Shown here piece after piece: positions 58,277-64,000 of a stretch of DNA of 64,000 nt. The DNA comes from a virus. Lineage: Duplodnaviria > Caudoviricetes. The stretch is from positions 1 through 64,000 of the IMG/VR virus record IMGVR_UViG_2832249651_000002; one strand, 5' to 3'. A program made the translations under genes and the position numbers. Positions within the stretch are counted from its first letter, which is position 1; the number at the start of each line of letters is the position of its first letter. The notes under the pieces are model-generated. The model was given only the letters and a program-made list of their open reading frames with translations. It searched no databases and was not told the origin of the DNA.

Positions 58277-59599
58277 TTATTTTCCTACTTTAAAAGCCTC
58301 ATCTGGTAAGTCTTTGGTTTGCACTTGCCCAGCAGCAGGATCTGTTTTTCTTCCAGCAGGAATACTCACATTAGCTTGTAGTTCCCATGTTTTCATGATA
58401 TTTTTAATATCATTCGTACTCATAGTAGTAAAACTTTTCTCCCAAGTTTCCTTAGTGAAATCATTACCCATAGCACGGACACCCATAGCTATAGCTTCAT
58501 CTGATAAATTCTTACGATATTCTTGACCTTCTTTAGCCAACTTTAAAACTTCATCAGCGGATAGTTCAGTACCTAGTTTTTCAGTAACTTGGTCTTGAGC
58601 CATAAATACACCTTCTTGAGGTTCTGCTACCTTTATTGAGTTCTCCCATTTCTCAATCATTGCATTCAAGGCAGTAGTTACTTCACCAGCATTAAGAGCC
58701 TCAGCTTCTTCGTTAGTAAATCCAATTCCAATTAATGCATTTAATAATTTTTCATCCATTGATTTTTCACTTCCTTCCAAATTATCATCTTGAATTTTTG
58801 CACCCTTGAATATTTTTTTATGCTCTGATTTCTTAACCATAGTAACAATATCCCCATTATGATAATGACCAAGTAGGGGAGTGTTTTCTGGTAATTCTTC
58901 TTTATCTTCCAAAATACTAAATTTACCTGAAGTAGTTTCTATAATATCCCCATGTTTAGATTGAGTTACTACAGCACCAGGATAAGCACCATCCCAGACA
59001 ATACTTTCTTCAAAGAGGGAATTGTTATTATAAGGAATTATAATAGAAGGGGGCATGGCAGTTAATGTACATACCTTTTTACTTCCATCTTCCATAGTAT
59101 AAGTACCACCTCTGTAATGGTTACAATCTCTACTATAGTAGTTCATTCCGCAAATAGAACAAGTCATTCTATCAGTGCTAAACCCTATTGATGTGTCAGA
59201 AAGTATTCCAGTTTCAATCCTCTTTATGAGAGCATTAGCAGATACACCGTCAATGATTTCATCATCTCTTACAATGAATTTATCTAAGTGCATTTCTACA
59301 GTTTCACCTTCGGCACTACTAGGAATAATCCTTCCATCAAACACCTTTCCATAAGGAATTCCTTGAATGCCACCCCAGTTACTCCAATTATGATTTAGCA
59401 TAAATGAAACACCTTTTTTAGCATCTTCAATCATAACTTGTAGCAGTTCAGGACTTAATTTTGTATATCTATTGGGTATCAATAAATCACCAGCAGATTT
59501 GCCACTAAAAACAAAAACTTCATCTTTAGATAAGGTTCTTTTAGCTAATTTATTAATTTTAGTCAACTGTTCATCTGTTGGTACTCCAAAATTACTCAT
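58277..59599 (-). CDS. Prohead protease-scaffold protein
   Basis: LNH.W, DTSIGF, CSICG, E.S.V..GA.P, helical C-terminus. Confidence 0.8.
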   Translation of the reverse strand: MSNFGVPTDEQLTKINKLAKRTLSKDEVFVFSGKSAGDLLIPNRYTKLSPELLQVMIEDAKKGVSFMLNHNWSNWGGIQGIPYGKVFDGRIIPSSAEGETVEMHLDKFIVRDDEIIDGVSANALIKRIETGILSDTSIGFSTDRMTCSICGMNYYSRDCNHYRGGTYTMEDGSKKVCTLTAMPPSIIIPYNNNSLFEESIVWDGAYPGAVVTQSKHGDIIETTSGKFSILEDKEELPENTPLLGHYHNGDIVTMVKKSEHKKIFKGAKIQDDNLEGSEKSMDEKLLNALIGIGFTNEEAEALNAGEVTTALNAMIEKWENSIKVAEPQEGVFMAQDQVTEKLGTELSADEVLKLAKEGQEYRKNLSDEAIAMGVRAMGNDFTKETWEKSFTTMSTNDIKNIMKTWELQANVSIPAGRKTDPAAGQVQTKDLPDEAFKVGK

Positions 59600-59842
59600 T
59601 TATTCACCTTCTTTCTGTTTCATAAATTCTCTTATTTCATCCTTTGTATAGCCTGTTTCAGGATATGAGCAATATTTTGTGTAGTGTTTAGGCATATCAG
59701 ATATATATTCCATATCTTGTTTATCAAGGATAATCATAATAGGTTCATCATTGGAGTCGTAAATTTTATTTCCTATCTTTACCTTCAAAGGAGTCACCTT
59801 CTTCCTTGCATAATTCTTCACATAAGCAACCTTCACAATCAA
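59600..59842 (-). CDS. Hypothetical protein
   Basis: KVKIG..IYDS..EPIM. Confidence 0.5.
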   Translation of the reverse strand: MIVKVAYVKNYARKKVTPLKVKIGNKIYDSNDEPIMIILDKQDMEYISDMPKHYTKYCSYPETGYTKDEIREFMKQKEGE

Positions 59843-59871
59843 AACAATCTTTTAATTCCTTTGGAGGTTCA

Positions 59872-61280
59872 TCAAATGGTACCTTCAATGGATAAAGGTT
59901 TTTCTTCCCTCGAATGTTTGTCATTATCAACGCTAACACCTCCATTACTCAAGCTAATCCTAATATTTTCACTTGGCTTGTTGCCTATAGCTTTTTCAAC
60001 TCCCATGACTTCTTGAGCCGCTTTATCTGCATCTATCCAATCCATCAATTGAGCTATTACATAGAATTGTTGTTTCATCAGATTAACATTAAGTCTTTGT
60101 TCTTCGGATTCCCAATCAACGATATCATGCTTAAACTTAGCAATAGCCTGTTCGCCATTAACCCTTAACCATAGTCTAGCTATTTCTTCAATAATTCGCT
60201 TAGAACCTCTTTGACAAGAGTTAATACCACTAACAAATATCTTAAATTGAACGGTTCCCCAAGATTCAGTCACACCCTGATTTCTATTCATAAAAATAGC
60301 CATCTGTTTTAATCCAGATAGCGTTTGAGTATCAAGCATTTCAGTTATTGCTCTAACATCAAGACTTCTTCCGCCATTAGCTCCATTAGTCATATTAATT
60401 TTCACATCATCAAAATGAATATAATCACTATCAGGAGCAATGTTTTCCATCATATTAACAATATTATTATGTTGTTCATTGAGCCAATTTTGAAGTTCTT
60501 TGGGATTGTTTTTTATATGTGGAGGGCAGTAGGTCATAAGTCTCTCCAAGACAATCTCAATATCATTTCTAGGATAGCCTTGATGATGGAGTACGGCTTG
60601 AAGGTCTTGGAGTATCTGCATTTGAAAATCTATAGCCTGTAATACAGGAGTCATTGTTAATGTTCCTCTAGGGTCGCCAATATCAGGGTCAGTAGGTACC
60701 CAAAAGAAGTTAGCATGTTCTTTATCAAGGTAAATTTTCTTATGCATATCATACTGGAACGGTACCCATATTTTACGACCTTTGATTTCTTTAAGTTCCC
60801 ACTCAATAGTTTGCGGTTTGACAGGATAGACGTCATATATATCTTTTCTATTAGGAGTAACCTCACTTCAACACCCATAGCACCTAATAAAAAAGAGCTG
60901 TGATGTAATTGATCTATCAATCCATCAAGCCCACTATTGGATATTTCGTTTATCCTTGAAGCAAAATCTCTCCATCTATCTTCTAAATCAGTTCTTCTAG
61001 TCTTGCCATCAATAGCATAGAAGTGCATCTCGTTTCCTTGATTAGCTAATCTTACAAAATTCCACACTGCCATACTAATGTCAGGATTAACTCTTTTTAA
61101 ATATTCTATAGCTGCAGCTTCCTCTGGAATACTTCTTAAAGTTTTAAGCACATCACCAGTCCTTGAACGAAAAGGGGAGAGGGTAGAGGTATAACCATTA
61201 TTTATTTGAGTTTGTCTACCAGTAGGAATATGCCGAGGTTCAGCTCTTGCTCTTGCAAATTGTCTATTAGAAAGTCCCAT
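59872..61280 (-). CDS. Portal protein (1-nt deletion near 60864)
   Basis: Joined ORF of ~470 aa between terminase and protease; one G restores EVEVTP. Confidence 0.8.
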
Positions 61281-61290
61281 TTACATCACC

Positions 61291-61506
61291 TTACCTTTTC
61301 CAATGCTTTCCTAGTGCAAAGTTTAATCTTTGTCTTTCGCCATATGAAAGCTTTGTTGCTTGTTTCATATCTAAGTAATCTCTTTCAGCTTTGAGTTTAT
61401 CCATTCGGATTTTTTCATCAATTTTGCTTCTTTGTATTTTCCACGATAAATCTATCGCCATTACCAAAATAACAGGTATAAATATTATAACAAGTAACGA
61501 TTTCAT
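61291..61506 (-). CDS. Small membrane protein
   Basis: N-terminal TM helix. Confidence 0.55.
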   Translation of the reverse strand: MKSLLVIIFIPVILVMAIDLSWKIQRSKIDEKIRMDKLKAERDYLDMKQATKLSYGERQRLNFALGKHWKR

Positions 61507-61519
61507 AGGTTATAACCCC

Positions 61520-61924
61520 CTAGTATTCTAATACGGAAAGTTTAGTTTCTTTTTCACATATAGCATAGATTTTACCATGCCAATTATCTAATGAAATACT
61601 GCCACCATTGCCATAGTTAGGAGAAGTATCAGGAGCTAATACAAAATGAAAGTCCTCCTTAGAGATTCTACTATCTAACTTAAGGTAACAAGGTTCTAGC
61701 CCTATATTTTGAATTATAAGTTTTGTTCTACTTTCATTGCAACCTAACACAAATGTAACAGATGAATTAATTTTTTTAATTGGATTTTCATTGGCTATAT
61801 AATTTTCTTCTTTAGAAAGCTTACCATCTATGGATTTAAGAGGTTCTAAAAGTTCAGCACCAGTCTTTATTATCCAATTAGTAATCAATCCAATTTCTTT
61901 TAAGAGATTGTTCCAAAATTTCAT
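61520..61924 (-). CDS. Small beta-sandwich protein, possibly virion-associated
   Basis: R..LIIQN.G..P.YL pattern. Confidence 0.5.
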   Translation of the reverse strand: MKFWNNLLKEIGLITNWIIKTGAELLEPLKSIDGKLSKEENYIANENPIKKINSSVTFVLGCNESRTKLIIQNIGLEPCYLKLDSRISKEDFHFVLAPDTSPNYGNGGSISLDNWHGKIYAICEKETKLSVLEY

Positions 61925-61935
61925 TTATATCACCT

Positions 61936-62208
61936 TCACTTTTTAAGCTTTTCTATTTCATTAATTATTTGTGCTTTAGCTATATTAGCTATGTTAGGGC
62001 TATTTTCAATTAGTTCGGAAATAAAATCGGCTTCATTATCATCTATCTCAATTTCTCCATCATTCGTAAGATTCACTGCCCAAGTCATCATTTTGGCAGG
62101 CTTCCCAACAGTTGACATAGCTAAAATATTAGCTAATATATCACTTAGTTTTTCATTAAAAGGTGAGCCATTGAGATTAATAAGATTTTTATCAAGATTT
62201 AACTTCAT
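61936..62208 (-). CDS. Hypothetical phage protein
   Basis: L.NL.G...GEIEID..E..FI pattern. Confidence 0.55.
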   Translation of the reverse strand: MKLNLDKNLINLNGSPFNEKLSDILANILAMSTVGKPAKMMTWAVNLTNDGEIEIDDNEADFISELIENSPNIANIAKAQIINEIEKLKK

Positions 62209-62437
62209 TTTGTGTCACCTGCAATTCAAATTCTTTAATTAGTCCTTTAACAGTATGTTCTGCAATTTCTTTTGTCATTTCTTCAATGCTCATGTTAGGG
62301 TTAGCTTTAAATTTCTCGACTACTGATTCAGATAAGTCATCTATGCAACTTTCCATAATGTCCTGAAATTGTTGGGCAAATAATATTACAGCAGTAGAAA
62401 ATTTTGTTTCAAACTGTTTTTCTTGTTTTTCATTCAT
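62192..62437 (-). CDS. Hypothetical protein
   Basis: GGAGGAG RBS. Confidence 0.55.
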   Translation of the reverse strand: MNEKQEKQFETKFSTAVILFAQQFQDIMESCIDDLSESVVEKFKANPNMSIEEMTKEIAEHTVKGLIKEFELQVTQNEVKS

Positions 62438-62458
62438 AATATCTCCTCCATTTTTAAA

Positions 62459-62560
62459 TTATTGACACTGACTTTTAGGTTTGCCACATCTACAACACCT
62501 ATAGCCTAATTCTTCATAATATTTGATTTTATGTCTAAATATCCAAAAACATTTTTTCAT
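62459..62560 (-). CDS. 33-aa Cys/His zinc-ribbon peptide (DUF1660-like)
   Basis: GGAGGTGG RBS; MKKCFWIFRHKIKYYEELGYRCCRCGKPKSQCQ. Confidence 0.55.
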   Translation of the reverse strand: MKKCFWIFRHKIKYYEELGYRCCRCGKPKSQCQ

Positions 62561-62564
62561 ATAA

Positions 62565-62655
62565 CCACCTCCAATTTATATGTAAGTCACTGCACCAAGG
62601 AAGGACGGTCGGAGGCAGACCAAATCCTATATAAGTTCCTTGGTTATTGACAGTG
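62565..62655 (-). ncRNA. Cis-regulatory hairpin/pseudoknot candidate
   Basis: Four nested stems; apical loop UGCCUCC is complementary to the downstream GGAGGUG RBS. Confidence 0.55.
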
Positions 62656-62703
62656 TGGTATATAAAAAACAACCTCATTAGAGATTGCTTGATATATCAA
62701 TTA

Positions 62704-64000
62704 TTAATCTGTTTTACTGATTCCACTAACTTTGCCCATCCAAGGTAATAGTAGGGCAGGGGACTGGAAGTCACTAAAACAGAAATACAAGGCACTTACA
62801 ATATCATCATGGCCACTGTCGGTAGCATTGTGATATTGAGTTGTTCTTCCTTCTCTATCCACAGATACATAGTCTTGTAATTGCTTTTCAGTTTCAGCAC
62901 TCCAAGGTATTTGACACCATTGTTGTTCTACTACTACTGCAAAATCTTCAACTAATTTAGCCTTATTATTACCTTGTTCATTTATAGGTACATTAGGTAT
63001 TCCTCTTTTAGTAAGTTGTGAACCAATGGTTTCACCAAGTCCAGTTTGACCAAAGTTTACAGTAGCACCATTATATAATCTTGAATACATAGCTAATTTA
63101 TCCCATTGAGCATCCCATCCAAGTCTACTCATAAGGTCAATTTTAACAACTTTTCCTTTACTATCTCTAATAACACAAGGCTTACCATCGCCCTTAGATG
63201 CAGGGTCATAGCCTATAGTATATGTTTCGAATGGGTCAACTTTTTCCCATTCAGACCAAAATTCAGCCATAGCTTCATCTGAACGACAATCGAGTGGAGG
63301 CCTAACGAGAACTCTGTCATAGTGAGGGAATACGGAGTTAATCTCCATGATGAATTCAGCTAGATAGTCTTGCCTGTATCTATCATTAGTCATTCCCATC
63401 TTAATCTCATCTTCAAAGGTGATAGGATTACCCATTGAATCTTCGCCAACAATAGTGTATCTTTTAGCTGCCATATGAGGGTTATCCCATGTTGAAAAAT
63501 GAAATGTTTCGTAAGAAGGAGAGTAGAGAGAAGAATCTTTATCTCCCATTAAAGATAACTTATAGAAATAAGTCCGACCTCTAGGAGTACTGTTGATTAA
63601 TGCGATTCCGCCTTTGCCACCTGGACCTCTACCAGGTGAGTCAAGTCTTTGTCTAAGGTTAGCCCAAACTGTATCAAGTTCTTTAACTCTAGCAGCCTCG
63701 GTTATAGTTACAATATCAAGACCAACTCCGACTAAAGTTTCAGGGTCATCAGCTGAGTGGACTTCTATGATTCCACCATTGATAGTTTCTATAGTTAGAT
63801 TAGATAGTGAGATGTCATAAACTAGTTCCTTAGGTAGTAACTTCTTTAAATCACGCCAATTTTGCCTTGCTAATCTCATATTAGGAGCAACTATCCACCA
63901 AAGTACAGGAGGATTTACATCAATGGAACGTTCCTCATTTTCCATTTCTATAAATCTCATTACACCTTCGCCAATAGATCCTAAGTCTTTTCCAAAACGG
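62704..64000 (-). CDS. terL: Terminase large subunit (5' end outside the window)
   Basis: Frame open to the edge with RFGKD; VAP, ITEAA, STPRG, GYDPA, HDD. Confidence 0.92.
   Translation of the reverse strand, partial: RFGKDLGSIGEGVMRFIEMENEERSIDVNPPVLWWIVAPNMRLARQNWRDLKKLLPKELVYDISLSNLTIETINGGIIEVHSADDPETLVGVGLDIVTITEAARVKELDTVWANLRQRLDSPGRGPGGKGGIALINSTPRGRTYFYKLSLMGDKDSSLYSPSYETFHFSTWDNPHMAAKRYTIVGEDSMGNPITFEDEIKMGMTNDRYRQDYLAEFIMEINSVFPHYDRVLVRPPLDCRSDEAMAEFWSEWEKVDPFETYTIGYDPASKGDGKPCVIRDSKGKVVKIDLMSRLGWDAQWDKLAMYSRLYNGATVNFGQTGLGETIGSQLTKRGIPNVPINEQGNNKAKLVEDFAVVVEQQWCQIPWSAETEKQLQDYVSVDREGRTTQYHNATDSGHDDIVSALYFCFSDFQSPALLLPWMGKVSGISKTD

Larger units (their letters stand above)
1..64000. 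mobile_element. Temperate siphovirus/prophage of a spore-forming Firmicute, incomplete at the right edge
   Basis: Integrase, repressor, replication, terminase, portal, capsid, tape measure, tail and lysis genes; no host housekeeping operons seen. Confidence 0.96.

Noticed and set aside
8218-60864. Programmed frameshifting or stop-codon recoding for the split genes
   Set aside because: Breaks are indels in short runs without shared slippery motifs or stimulators; TAA, TAG and TGA all end genes normally
1-64000. tRNA/tmRNA genes and att core repeats
   Set aside because: None recognised; the phage ends are probably outside the window

Overview
The whole window is a low-GC temperate siphovirus or prophage of an endospore-forming Firmicute (probably Clostridia/Tissierellia; host is inferred). 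Left to right: a leftward lysogeny module (HNH endonuclease, tyrosine integrase, ImmA-like protease, XRE repressor); a long rightward early operon (Cro, antirepressors, excisionase, SMC-like ATPase/RecT/MBL nuclease, replisome organiser plus DnaC-like loader, SSB, MazG, ArpU/RinA-like activator, helicase, two DNA methyltransferases, two PAPS-reductase-family proteins); a small moron island (33.1-36.3 kb); and a leftward late operon running from the large terminase (cut by the right edge) through portal, capsid, tail, lysis and tail-tip genes. Most notable: (i) several host sporulation/dormancy homologues (YyaC, SpoIIID, a SigF/SigG-like sigma factor, a 3D-domain muralytic protein) plus a consensus sigma-H promoter; (ii) unannotated structured RNA elements, including a ~200-nt multi-stem element and a YGGCRA-loop hairpin that recurs before both PAPS-reductase-like genes, and an SD-sequestering pseudoknot after terL; (iii) a late operon broken by seven terminators, most followed by a TTTTATRCC tail; (iv) a candidate non-canonical -1 frameshift in the tail chaperone gene; (v) a strand-polar AGGGGAG motif. 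About a dozen genes carry single-base indels that look like long-read errors. All family calls come from motif recognition by eye; no database search or folding program was run.
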